DNA of 64,000 bases from Lepidodermella squamata (taxonomy: Eukaryota > Animalia > Gastrotricha). The position numbers and the translations under genes are program-made. The notes below the pieces were generated by a model that searched no databases, was not told the origin of the DNA, and worked only from the letters and a program-made list of their open reading frames with translations. Of this stretch, positions 10,349-21,225 are shown piece after piece. Within the stretch, counting starts at the first letter, position 1; each line of letters opens with the position of its first letter. The stretch is taken from contig JBLDXI010000026.1 of the NCBI GenBank assembly GCA_047495785.1, positions 1,240,001 to 1,304,000 on the forward strand, in the 5' to 3' direction.

Positions 10349-12763
10349 TCATAATGAACGCAGTCTCGTCCCACGCATTATCGCTTTCGCCTTTGCATTA
10401 ACATAAGATGAGAAGAATTTGATACGCATCCAGAAAATGATGCAGCCAGTAGAAACTGAAATCACTAGAGCTAAAGCAGAAATCAGCAAAGGTAGTATAA
10501 TATGAACAGTTCGTCGATCTCGAGATTCCGAAACAACTGCAACAACTGAAGCTCCAGCTATTGATAGAAATACAACATTTAAAGCTGCTAAAGTCATTAA
10601 TCGGGCTTCGCTTAAGAAGTTCTTCACGGTGGGAGGAGTGGAGTAATGATGAGCCACGTAATTAGCTTCACGCTGCAAGTCGTAAGCACGCGGAAGGGTG
10701 AATAATTGGGTAAAGAAATTCAAGGCCGCGATAGTTGCAACCCAGTAGATTTCACTTGAATTAATTGACTTGCACGCCTTCACCAAAACCGTTGTGTAGC
10801 TATCTGCCACAGCATCGTAATAGGATTCTTTGTCGGCTTTAACATCAGAAACTAAGTAGCTGTCCGATGCCATTACACCCAGCAATATTACACCATTTGT
10901 GACCCAGAATCCGACCGATCTCTTCAGGATGAAACTCTGATCTTTCAGCAACGCTTCATCAATGGTTACGGGAGGTTTTTTGCTCGAGATAATGTCCGTT
11001 ATTCTTGGAGTGTGCATTCGGCTGTTACGTGCATTCAGCCTTATGCACAAATGTCTGAAATAGCTGACGAAACCAAAAATGACTCCAGTAGTAAGTGAAA
11101 GTGCCAGTGTTAATAGAATTTTCTGCGCCGTACAAATAGCAGGCGAAAGAATAGTTCCAGTTAGTGAAAAAAGGACGGCCGCTATGTTTAATAACAGAAG
11201 CGCTAGCAGAAGGACGAGTTTGCTCGGCTGAAACGATATAGTGTCAAATCTCAAACTAGCTCGTATTCCTTCGTTTCCTGGAAGTAGATTAGCTGAATAC
11301 CAGAGTAATATTTGCGCGATTGAAATCATTGTTGCAATGGTGACAAATAAAGGTAACGCCCAAGGAACTTCTGTAAGTCTATTCTTGAAGAGCGGAAAGT
11401 CTCGAGGAGGGATCCCAAGTTCACCTGGCCAAGCAATTTCCGAAACGAACGAAAGCTGATGATTCAAATAATCATTCGGATCCCCGTAACCACTGTAAAC
11501 AGTTTTAGCTATTGCTTTGAAAGAGTCGTTGACGTATTGATATATCCATTGAGTTTCATAATCTAGTTCAATTCGTGATGAGTATTTCGTAAAACCTGCC
11601 CTCAACCCGACGAAGCTGAGATTCGTAGCTATAGATTTCGCAACTTCTTCAATCTCTCGTGGTGACTTGGCAAAGTCGCGAAAGGTCTTCCCAATACTCT
11701 GTAGATACTCATTTGATCCATTAAGGATGAGGATTGCTTGAAGTATTTGGTCATAGTATCTATGACGACTCTCGTAATCTGATAGCCTGGAATTGTTGGT
11801 CCTTTGGTCTAGTAATTTCTCAAATTCTGGCAAATCTAATCCAATGCCTGTTGATTTACCGTAGTAGCCAGTGGATTCTTGGGAGTAGCCAGCCCAAATC
11901 GTTATTCTAACTTGCTCTAACAGGATTTTCATGGTGCAACCATTCGGGATCGACTGCGCATTCAACTGCATGATTGTCGGGCTCGTCATGATAAACGCGT
12001 AGTTTGTTCCCCTAATCCCTGTTTCATAAAGGCTGCATAAGAATCTGTAAGCTGCAGATGCGCTATTGCTTCCAATAACAATAACCCGAGCGTCACTTTT
12101 TTTCAATGCGGTTATCAAGGATTCACTGATAGGAATTATGTTAAGATCGACAAAGTCTAGCCAAACTACATTTATGCCAGCTTTGAGTGCCTTTCGATAG
12201 AAGTCGTTAGATATCGTGACATCAAAAGTGGCGCTAGCGGAAAAAACCGCGACCTTCGACCACTTTGCAACTTCGCGAATAAATTTGATTCTGGCTACAG
12301 ATATCATTTCCGTTGGAATAAACGTCCTGAAAATATTTGGAAACTGACGCCTGTTGCCTGTCATTACTGGCTCAGAGCAAGAATGGGGAACATGAATCAT
12401 GTTATACTGCGTTATCAGTCTTGAAAATTTCAGGCAACCTGCTCCGAAAAATGGACCAACAACCACCGGCGAAATCAAGTAACGAGGATCCTCTTCAAAA
12501 CGGCGAAAGGATCCCATAAATCTAACTGGACCATAGTCCCCCAACCCTCCTTCATCCATGAATTCAAGATTGATGTGATAGCCTGGCAATAAATCTGGCC
12601 TTTTGTTGACAGCATCGACAACGAGCTGCATTGTCACGTTGCAAAAGCGACCATTCCTTGGTGGATTGTTGCTGAATGGATGAATTACAAGGATAGTGAG
12701 AGGAATAGGTTCGAATGCGATGACGAACTCAAGCAACGAAAAGAAAATTAAAAACAGCAGCAT
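10349..12763 (-). CDS. GABA-B-like class C GPCR, copy 4, intronless
   Basis: 804-aa ORF with signal peptide, VNKRPDLLPGYHI, FPNIFRT, a WPG..PPRD stalk and 7TM; most similar to copy 2. Confidence 0.85.
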   Translation of the reverse strand: MLLFLIFFSLLEFVIAFEPIPLTILVIHPFSNNPPRNGRFCNVTMQLVVDAVNKRPDLLPGYHINLEFMDEGGLGDYGPVRFMGSFRRFEEDPRYLISPVVVGPFFGAGCLKFSRLITQYNMIHVPHSCSEPVMTGNRRQFPNIFRTFIPTEMISVARIKFIREVAKWSKVAVFSASATFDVTISNDFYRKALKAGINVVWLDFVDLNIIPISESLITALKKSDARVIVIGSNSASAAYRFLCSLYETGIRGTNYAFIMTSPTIMQLNAQSIPNGCTMKILLEQVRITIWAGYSQESTGYYGKSTGIGLDLPEFEKLLDQRTNNSRLSDYESRHRYYDQILQAILILNGSNEYLQSIGKTFRDFAKSPREIEEVAKSIATNLSFVGLRAGFTKYSSRIELDYETQWIYQYVNDSFKAIAKTVYSGYGDPNDYLNHQLSFVSEIAWPGELGIPPRDFPLFKNRLTEVPWALPLFVTIATMISIAQILLWYSANLLPGNEGIRASLRFDTISFQPSKLVLLLALLLLNIAAVLFSLTGTILSPAICTAQKILLTLALSLTTGVIFGFVSYFRHLCIRLNARNSRMHTPRITDIISSKKPPVTIDEALLKDQSFILKRSVGFWVTNGVILLGVMASDSYLVSDVKADKESYYDAVADSYTTVLVKACKSINSSEIYWVATIAALNFFTQLFTLPRAYDLQREANYVAHHYSTPPTVKNFLSEARLMTLAALNVVFLSIAGASVVAVVSESRDRRTVHIILPLLISALALVISVSTGCIIFWMRIKFFSSYVNAKAKAIMRGTRLRSL

Positions 12764-13482
12764 ATTTTCAGTTTGAAAAATATGACTGATGGAATACCAA
12801 GCTATAAAAGTTATTTAAGACTTGAGACGTTACCACGCTTCCTGGTCGCTAAAACAACCGTCGCCTCCGGCGTAATTAGAGAGCTTGAAAGCAGTCTTTG
12901 GATGCGATCGAAGGCAACATTCTGAGGCAGCACGACTTTATTTCCGTCGAGCAACTCTACTTTCAGCGCCCCCTTCTTGTTTCATTTAAAACTATAAGTG
13001 CCGACTCCCGACTCTCTGAACAACTGCACAGCCTATGTTTTGAGTATGCCAGCGTTAAAATCGCAAGAAAAGTCTTGGAATTTTCAAACTCATATATGAT
13101 GATTTTATCCGGAACATCGGGTTCTTTGCAGTTGGACTTGGACCACAACTTGGAAATCACACCGCGCGAATCTTCCCGGCCGATTGCTGACGGAAAGCAC
13201 CCTGTAGTGGCGGTTCGCCATTAGTATTACGTCCATCCTTTCAGTTGAGTGTCGAGCGTGTGTCCGTCTTAACACCGTGCGTGTGCACACCCACACAGGA
13301 ATTTATAGTGCAGAAGGATGTGAATGCAACTTAAGTATTAAGAGCATCTCCGCTTATTCCTTGTTCGCGATTTGGAACACATTTTGGTACACGATTTTTT
13401 GTTAACTAACTTCACTTTTAGCGCCACATTTTCATTTAAACTTCAAACATTTATTAAGGACCTACAGCAATATGTTAGAATG

Positions 13483-15945
13483 TTAATCTTTGATCATTTT
13501 AAGCATAAATCTGATTCTCGGCCAAAAAACGAGCGTTGCTGTAGACCCAGAAATCACAAGGCATGAAAATGCACAAGATAATGGTACAGCCTGTCCAGAC
13601 GTGCTAAATGATGGCGAAGTCGAAACTATTGCCACTATAACCACGCTTGCAATAAAGAGAGTTGCAGCATTGCAAGTAGCTATAGTAATCAGCTGTATTT
13701 GTCTTTTGAAGTGCTCAGATATAATTTGCATCGACTGCTGCTTTAAAAGAGTTTGAATCTCGTAAGCCCAGGCCATGCTCGCACCAAGAAGAAGAAGAAT
13801 ATTTATCGCGAGAAGAGCTGCGATGAAGAAAATTTCATAGCCGAGAACGCTTGAGCACTTGGTGGATAGGGTATCCACGTAAACATCAACATCCTCGTCA
13901 AGTTCAACATCCTGGCGGGACCGAATCGTGGTTACCTGATAAGAATCAGCGGAAAACATGGTGACAATCAAGATAGCTGTTACAGTAAATGCAGCAATGG
14001 TAATTTTGACCATAACTGTTTGATTTATGGCGGACTCGTCCACATTTTGTGATTTTGCTTTTCCCTTATTTTTGGGTGTGACTGTGCTAGCTTGGGGTTC
14101 TGATGAGCTTTCGCTTTTCAAGGCCTTTGTAAATAATCGTGTTGCCAATCTAGTGGCAAAATCACTTTTCTTAACTGAAACTTTGGATAAAACAGGTACC
14201 AGTAGAGACTTGTAGTGCTTCAGGACGGAGAAGAAGTATGCATGAAGTAGCGAGAAACCTGCAGCTAAAAGAATTCGTTGCGCATAACAAATTTCCGGAG
14301 ATATCGAACTGGCATCTGCTGCAAAAAGAATCGCGCCAATATTGAGCATCAATAAAGCTGCCACAGGGCTGAATAAGGACATCTGGGAATCACAGCTTAT
14401 CTTCAATCCGGAAATCGCCATATCGCTTATCTTCGAAATAATGAAATTTCTAGCGCCAAAAATTGTCAGTTGCATAGCTGAAAGCAACCCACTGAACACT
14501 GCTAAGAAGATGAAAAGACCCGTTGGAATAGAATCAAATACTTGAATTGTCCCAGGCATGTCGATCGGTCGTTTCCCGCTTCTGGTCATCCAGCGAATGC
14601 TCTCGAATAGCGTGACCTTGTGATTATCCGGGTCACGAATGTCGCCCTTGCCTTGATATACTATTTTCCCAATCACCTTGTAAGGATTATCAGCAGGCCC
14701 TGAATATTGTACTATCCATTGCGGTTCTGAGTCGAATTCCAATCTAGGTGAATAAAAGGTCTCTCCCATACGTATTCCACTAAATTTGAGGTTAGTAGCT
14801 GCTGTTTTCATAACAGTTTCCACGATTTCAGGTTTTGCTTGGAAATCTGTCATTGTCATGTTGATGGCCTTGAGTCTCCTCTCGCCATCATGAAGTGTAA
14901 GTAGCGTCTGCAGCATCTGATCGTAGTATCGATGTCTATTTTCGTAGTCGGGCAAGCGAGATCGATTCGTCATTTTATCAAACTCTTGCTCGAAAGTAGG
15001 CAAGTCCATGCCAAGACTGGTCTGACCGAAAGTATCCTGAGCCTCACTACGGTAACCGATCCAGAATGAATGGCGCATCTGACTTTCAACGACGCTCCAC
15101 GTACACCAAGGCGCGACCATGGCCGGATTGAATGGAGTGATTGAGGTTCCGACCATTATGAATACGTATCTGTCACCTCTAAATCCGTAGTAGTACAGAC
15201 TACATAAAACTCCAGCAGCTGGCCCATTGACCCCAATCACGATTATTCTTGCATCACTTTTCCTCAACGAGTCTGCCATCTCTTGGTTAGTAAGTTCAGG
15301 TTTTTGTATGCCAGCTTCAAACCAGGCAACTCTGATTCCTGCGGCAGAGGCTTTCACAGATAGATCAAGAGCAATTGAGAAATCGAATCCTCCAAATAGA
15401 AGGGTTGTGATGATTGCGATGTTACTCCATCCACCGATTTCCTTAATGAACTTTATTCTGGCCATGGCGATAATATCGCTGGGCGAAATCGTTCGATAGA
15501 TATTTGGGAATCGTCTACGATTGCCAATCATTTGAGGATCTCCACATGCATGCGCAACATGGATCATGTTGTATTTAGCAACGATAGGGGATAGCCTAAC
15601 GCAACCAGCGCCCAGAATCGGTCCAGCAAGAACAGGTGCGAACCTAGCCTCGGAGCCTTCATAACTCCGTAAGTAGTTAATGTAATTTACGGGTCCAATA
15701 GACCCTCCCAGACCTTCGTCAACATAATCTAGCTCAATGTGGTAATCAGGTAGGATATCTGTACGATTGTTTACCATGCGAACGACCATCTCCATTATCG
15801 GCTTAAGGAAACGGGGTATTGCCATTGGGTCAGTGAAGCAATGCACCACAAGTAGGCGAATGCGTTTCGGCTTACTTTGACCTTGCCCATCTCCTGATAA
15901 AAAGAATGAGGTCAAAAGCGCCAACTGAAATAAAGCAAAATTCAT
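13483..15945 (-). CDS. GABA-B-like class C GPCR, copy 5, intronless
   Basis: Signal peptide MNFALFQLALLTSFFLSG, VNNRTDILPDYHI, FPNIYRT, and 7TM ending LVFWPR (compare GABA-B LVFVPK); most similar to copy 3. Confidence 0.85.
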   Translation of the reverse strand: MNFALFQLALLTSFFLSGDGQGQSKPKRIRLLVVHCFTDPMAIPRFLKPIMEMVVRMVNNRTDILPDYHIELDYVDEGLGGSIGPVNYINYLRSYEGSEARFAPVLAGPILGAGCVRLSPIVAKYNMIHVAHACGDPQMIGNRRRFPNIYRTISPSDIIAMARIKFIKEIGGWSNIAIITTLLFGGFDFSIALDLSVKASAAGIRVAWFEAGIQKPELTNQEMADSLRKSDARIIVIGVNGPAAGVLCSLYYYGFRGDRYVFIMVGTSITPFNPAMVAPWCTWSVVESQMRHSFWIGYRSEAQDTFGQTSLGMDLPTFEQEFDKMTNRSRLPDYENRHRYYDQMLQTLLTLHDGERRLKAINMTMTDFQAKPEIVETVMKTAATNLKFSGIRMGETFYSPRLEFDSEPQWIVQYSGPADNPYKVIGKIVYQGKGDIRDPDNHKVTLFESIRWMTRSGKRPIDMPGTIQVFDSIPTGLFIFLAVFSGLLSAMQLTIFGARNFIISKISDMAISGLKISCDSQMSLFSPVAALLMLNIGAILFAADASSISPEICYAQRILLAAGFSLLHAYFFSVLKHYKSLLVPVLSKVSVKKSDFATRLATRLFTKALKSESSSEPQASTVTPKNKGKAKSQNVDESAINQTVMVKITIAAFTVTAILIVTMFSADSYQVTTIRSRQDVELDEDVDVYVDTLSTKCSSVLGYEIFFIAALLAINILLLLGASMAWAYEIQTLLKQQSMQIISEHFKRQIQLITIATCNAATLFIASVVIVAIVSTSPSFSTSGQAVPLSCAFSCLVISGSTATLVFWPRIRFMLKMIKD

Positions 15946-16284
15946 TTCTTCAAAATGCTCGCAGGTAATAATATTCAAAGCATTTTGCTCAACTGATAAA
16001 TCGCAACTTATCGCGATAAATTAGCTGGCTTGAAGCCCAATCATATCTAACGCACCGTGGTTTGACTTTGAGATGTGTAACCCATAGTTGCGTAACGCGC
16101 ACGTAAAGGGTACAGTCTCTACTCACTAACGAAGCTAATTTTCGCGCTCGGGCTTGTGAATTTTCCACAGTGCATTGGTTCAGAAATGTAGTACTTATCT
16201 CTAAAATTTTATTTATCGTGTTTCACATTGAACTTATTCATGCATACAAAACATTTTAGGTCGCATCTGAGACTTGATAATCTC

Positions 16285-16667
16285 TCATTCTTCATCATCC
16301 GGCATCAATTTAGTGCCCAGTTCGAAGAAAGCTTGCTCTCCAGCGATGTAAGGACGTAATTGCTTGCACTGTGGATAGCAAATTTCAACTGGAAATTCAG
16401 TGGCCCTCGCGTAGAATAAACAGTAGGCTTGACACATACATCGGTTCATACACGACTCGTGACGTCGTTTTGAACTCATGGTCGATACGCATCTTTCTTT
16501 TTCGCATTGCCTATACAGTAAAATGTAAGGATTATCATATGAAGTAACAAATAAGATGAGTGAACCAACTCTTTGATCTCATCGGTATCTTCAGCTACCT
16601 CGTCCGCAATCGAAATGTCGGAAGCGAAAATGGCTGTTCCGAGTAACAATAAAATAGTGGCTTTCAT
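16285..16667 (-). CDS. Small secreted 8-cysteine peptide A (exons 16667-16570, 16510-16285)
   Basis: Signal peptide MKATILLLLGTAIFASDISIA. A phase-2 intron (16569-16511, GTTGGT..TATAG) gives EQCEKERCVSTMSSKRRHESCMNRCMCQAYCLFYARATEFPVEICYPQCKQLRPY...; supported by the adjacent paralog. Confidence 0.8.
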
Positions 16668-17417
16668 GTCGAAAAGCATTATGCAAATTTCCTACTACAG
16701 TCCAGAAATAGAAATAAAGTAAAAATGTTTGAGTATTATAAGGATTGTAATATTCTTAAGTAGCATTTTGCGTGTGCCCATATTTTTCAAAACTTGTAAG
16801 TATCGATTTGATGCCAGAGGGACGTTTAAGTTCAATGCAAATCTTCGCATAATTGTGTCATGGCCCGGCAAAAAATCGTTTCAGCTTAAAACGTGGGCTC
16901 ATATAAAAGGACGGGGGTGGGGTGTTTATCAAGCGGGCAGCATTCAGCAGCCGTATCGAATTGATCAGCCTCAAAAGCAAGACCGTGACTGGTTAACTAG
17001 TAGTTGCTCTATCAACCAGCCGCTAAACAAACGATTGATTTGACGTTAAAAGCAAGAATAACAAAATTACTTGCGAATTCTAGCGGAACGCCGTTTCCAC
17101 TTCAGGCTCTCAGTTCCTGGCCAGAGCTTTCCGCCTTCAGAGGCGCCAGGATCACTCATGCATACAACTAGATTTCTGGTTTCCGGAACTCAATTAACGT
17201 GAGCGGTCGATTAAAATCTGATTCAACCCCTCTTTTCAGAACCGTGGGTTACTTTAAATGAATGGCTAAAATTACAAATGAAGGTAAATACACCCTCGTG
17301 GTTTTCATTTTGTAGAATTGTACAGCTTCCATCAAGGACAAAGTATTTGACTTCATTTTTTACGACAAATCATTTTTCACGGCAATAATAGTTTATAGTG
17401 AGCTAATATGCATGCTA

Positions 17418-17774
17418 TCATAGTGCCATTAGAATAGCTTCCATTTTCGGGTAAAATGCATCGCCACTAGTGTAAGGTTTTAGTTCATTGCACTCCACCT
17501 TGCAAGTCGAAATAGGATAGTCGGCGACTGCTTGAAACACGAAACAGTAGCCAGTGCATATGCAAGTATTCATACAGTACTCGTAGACTGGGGAACCAGC
17601 AAAAGCTACGCATTGTCTGCTTTCACATTCGCTAGAAATTCAGAAAACGCTAGTGTGAGTAAAATTTAAGAAAATTTAGATTTACCTGATTATTTCATCC
17701 TGCCCGCCAGCCGGTGCGCCATGAGCGATGGCAATCGCCGCGAAAAGCATGAGCGCCACGTAGCTTGAAATCAT
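17418..17774 (-). CDS. Small secreted 8-cysteine peptide B (exons 17774-17686, 17631-17418); absent from the ORF track
   Basis: Manual translation: MISSYVALMLFAAIAIAHGAPAGGQDEIISECESRQCVAFAGSPVYEYCMNTCICTGYCFVFQAVADYPISTCKVECNELKPYTSGDAFYPKMEAILMAL*. Intron position, intron phase and Cys spacing match peptide A. Confidence 0.8.
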
Positions 17775-18561
17775 TTTTTCGCTTGGAAAATTGAAAATAT
17801 AAAATATCTGAAATGATGGTGATCTATAAAAATTGACAGCGGTCGTCATTTCCTATAAGGAAGCGCTTTTTTCGCCACGCGCTTCAGCGGTCCGTGCGAA
17901 TTCGATGGGAATTAATTTGATTTCCGCGTAGAAAACGGAAATTTTGTAAGCCGCCCGCCGAACTGTCACATATCATCTAAATATCGAGTTTTTGCAAGAA
18001 GGCGTTAAAGAGGACGGAATTATTAGTTGCGTCTCAAATAATAGTGCATAGTGTATATATACCAAAAAAAGTGCGAGAAGCTGAGGATTTACTTTCCATT
18101 AAAATCGAACTGCTCTTGGCAGCAGTAGGGCTACTCCAGTTGCGACAATTTAACAGCTTAAATAGGTCCGAACACACGAGACGACCTTTCCTGTCAAAAT
18201 CGATTCTAGACTCTTGACCATAAATCAGCGTCAATTACTGGAAATTGCTCACATGATCGGCTCATTTCACGTCGGCGGCAATGTAATCGAATAGCGCTTA
18301 ATTGTTAGTCTCAGTTATCTGCGCCATGTGATTGATCAGGACATATCTCATACTCAAACCGCCCACAAACCACTGGCTGGAATGATCTATTAATCACGTG
18401 GGAAGTCCGCTTTGAGAGTTCGCTTATTATTTATTACTGATTCTGCGACAAAAAATTGCTCAAGGATGATAAAAACGTTCCGGCGATTACCGGGTACTAT
18501 CAATGAAATTATGGGAAAAAGCAAGTCCTGTAACATGAGAACAAAAAACACCATTGATCAA

Positions 18562-21135
18562 TCAATCATCGGCGGTGGACATTTCAACGTCGTCTTCATG
18601 ATCGACGTCAACCGGGGCGACGGCTAGCTCGGCAGATTCAATGCGGGCCGGTTCGCCCTCCCGCGTTTCGTCATCCTCATGGTCCAGATCTACAGCAGGC
18701 GGCGTTGTGGACGCAGCTCCATTTTTGTTACCGTTCGTCACGTCGGAGGTGCCCTTTTTCTTTGAAGCGCCCGCTTTCGGGCCGGGTTTTTTCTTGCTAA
18801 CGGCCTGGGCTGAGCCGGACCGGGGTGCTGCTGACTCTCCAGTCGGTTTTCCGGTGGATTTTTTGAACTCTTCCAGGGCGTTTTGAAGTGGTTTGATGAA
18901 CTCAGTAAATTCCATGTCGTGAAGAGCACCTAGGACGTCATTTGGCAGGATTGTTCGCCGATCAGCGTGTTGAGCAATGTCATTGGCCCTGAAATATCGA
19001 AATATACATTTGAAAGTCTTCAGAATAGAGCTAAAAATTACGCAGCAGTGCAGTAGAGGACGAAAATGCTCGCAGCCCGAGAGACAGCTAGACGAGCTTC
19101 TTTGGATAGCGCAACGCCTTCAGGAAGCTGAAAGTAAATGACACGTAAATTAGAATGGTTATGCGTAAAAATATGAATTTTAAAAGCTTGCCATTCAATG
19201 TTCTAACAAAGGGGCATCTTTTGATTAATCAGTTTTGCTCAATAAGTTCGATCATGAAATACCTAACTACTAGATCGCGCAATGGTATGTTAGCTTCAAG
19301 TTACAGCTTATGATTCATTTTTTATAATAAAAAAACTAAAAACGGGCGATTCGAATCTGTTGTCTCGAGGTCTATCAGCGCAGCTCCATCGTCCTTATTC
19401 AATCTTGTAGCAGCCGCTATTGGCTCAGCTTCTGCAGGCGGTCATGGAAGTTGTTAAGGTTATACAGATTGAGGCTAGTTGAAGCAACAGAGTTGATTTT
19501 CATGCAAAAATGTTCGATCGTTACAGAGATATTTTGGTCTCAAAAACGAAATCCGAAATCACACCACTTTTAACTTGTTCTGAAAATCGTTCAGAAAAAC
19601 TAATAACAAAATACCTCAATACGTAATCAACTCCCGATCTATCTTTGCGTTATTATACTTCACAAAACTTGTTGAGCGATTTAACCCTTAGCCGCCGATG
19701 ACGTGTACACGAGTCAATTCGAATAAAAATTTGCCGAAAATTCATTTTTAGTCCAAACGGTTTCATTTTTGCACGGTAATTAGTCTCAACTACCCAGGTA
19801 ACCATAGGTCGAAGCTTTGATTCGGAAAATAATTACCTGTTGGCCCAGTGGGGGACAGTGACAAATTTTTTTCAGAACTTGTAAACGCGTCCGAAATCGT
19901 GTCAAGTCGAGCTCGATTGGGAGGCAACACGTTTTTTGCAATGACGCGAAAGGGCGTTACGACTGTTGCGTGAATACACGACGTATTATTATGATTCACA
20001 GGGATGCACGCCTCGCACACAATAAAAGCAAACAAAAACTGTTAAAAAAGTGCACTTTCGATTTTTTGCGTTTTTTTCTCTTTTGCGAATGTCTATCGCC
20101 GAGGTGGAAGACTTCGAAGAGGTGGGTTCCACCGGATCTGAATTATCGGAAGATGAAGAAGATTTGCCCTCTTACCTATATGTGATTTTTGAAATATCTT
20201 CGTCTTGCAACATCGTCGAATAAATTTCTCGAAAAAACAAGCCAATAATAATGCGTTAATAAAAAGCCGCGTGTTGACACGTTCTTACTTGTAAACCCGT
20301 CGATCTGACGCTTCAGCGCGTTTTCTAATAATAAACTTTGACCTAAGTTCACACTTCGTTATTTGGCTTCAACGAATCGGCCACCTTGGTCAGCTATGTT
20401 CAAAAAGATAATAAAGCGATTATTCTAATGTCTACCATGAATCATGACGGCGATAAATATTTTCGTTGAACAGAACAACAAACCAATCATTAACATGGAC
20501 TGTAACGAAACCTAGGGTGCAGTTGATACATTGGACAAAATGACTCACTGCTATACAACGCAAAAGCCGACGAATAAGTGACCACATGTTATTTTCGCCA
20601 ACATCATCAACATGGCTATGTTAAACGCGTTTGTTTGCTGTGAACATCGTGAGGATCAGCAATCCGACGAAAAGTGATCGACCGTCAAAATTTCTTTATC
20701 GTCAAAATTTACGAAAAGAATCTGTTTGAAAAATCGCAGGGAGGCGCCCCAAAATTAGCATAAAAATAAGCTTTTCGAACCTTGGCTGCATATTCAGTCA
20801 ATTGCTAAGCTGAAAACCGAAGCGACCAAACGATATCCCACCATGTCTAGCCATAACTTTCAAAGCCACGTAATGCGAGCCTAAGCTGAATTGACGTGAC
20901 CCCGAATCGTCCATCCAATCAAACTTTTCTTTTCATAACTTTGTGAAACTGTCATTTAATTCAAGAGGGAACCAATAGGGAGCTCGAAAAAAGAAAATCC
21001 CAAGAAAATGTCTCAACTTCAAGTAACCATTTTCATTTTTTATAACAGCTATATTGCAGTTCGACTTACATTTGACTTGATGAACCGGTTTACGGTAGCT
21101 AGAGGCAGGTACAAATCGTCAACTCTTTCAACCAT
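18562..21135 (-). CDS. POLE3: DNA polymerase epsilon subunit 3 / CHRAC-17 (exons 21135-21070, 19127-19042, 18988-18562)
   Basis: Spliced product [78 protein letters not shown] is the POLE3 histone fold, followed by an acidic tail. Confidence 0.9.
19681..20640 (+). mobile_element. Degenerate piggyBac element in POLE3 intron 1
   Basis: TTAA-CCCT left-end signature at 19681. Region 20350-20640 translates to [29 protein letters not shown]...[24 protein letters not shown]...[19 protein letters not shown], a piggyBac transposase C-terminal core with stops. The right end was not identified. Confidence 0.8.
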
Positions 21136-21225
21136 TGCGGCAAGAAACCAAAATTAAAACCCTAATTAGCAAATTGAATCATTTCACGATGGCAAAGTAA
21201 GATATTTCATAGACCTATGTACAAT

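Noticed and set aside
12963-13296. Short minus-strand ORFs between receptor copies 4 and 5 (LWSK..EPDVPDKIIIYEF..FLAILTLA) as a possible sixth receptor remnant
   Set aside because: Only a vague resemblance to the stalk/TM1 region; none of the family's diagnostic motifs are present.
16900-17300. Possible snRNA or SL RNA gene between the Cys-peptide genes
   Set aside because: No convincing combination of Sm site, splice donor and stem-loops was found; a covariance-model search would be needed.
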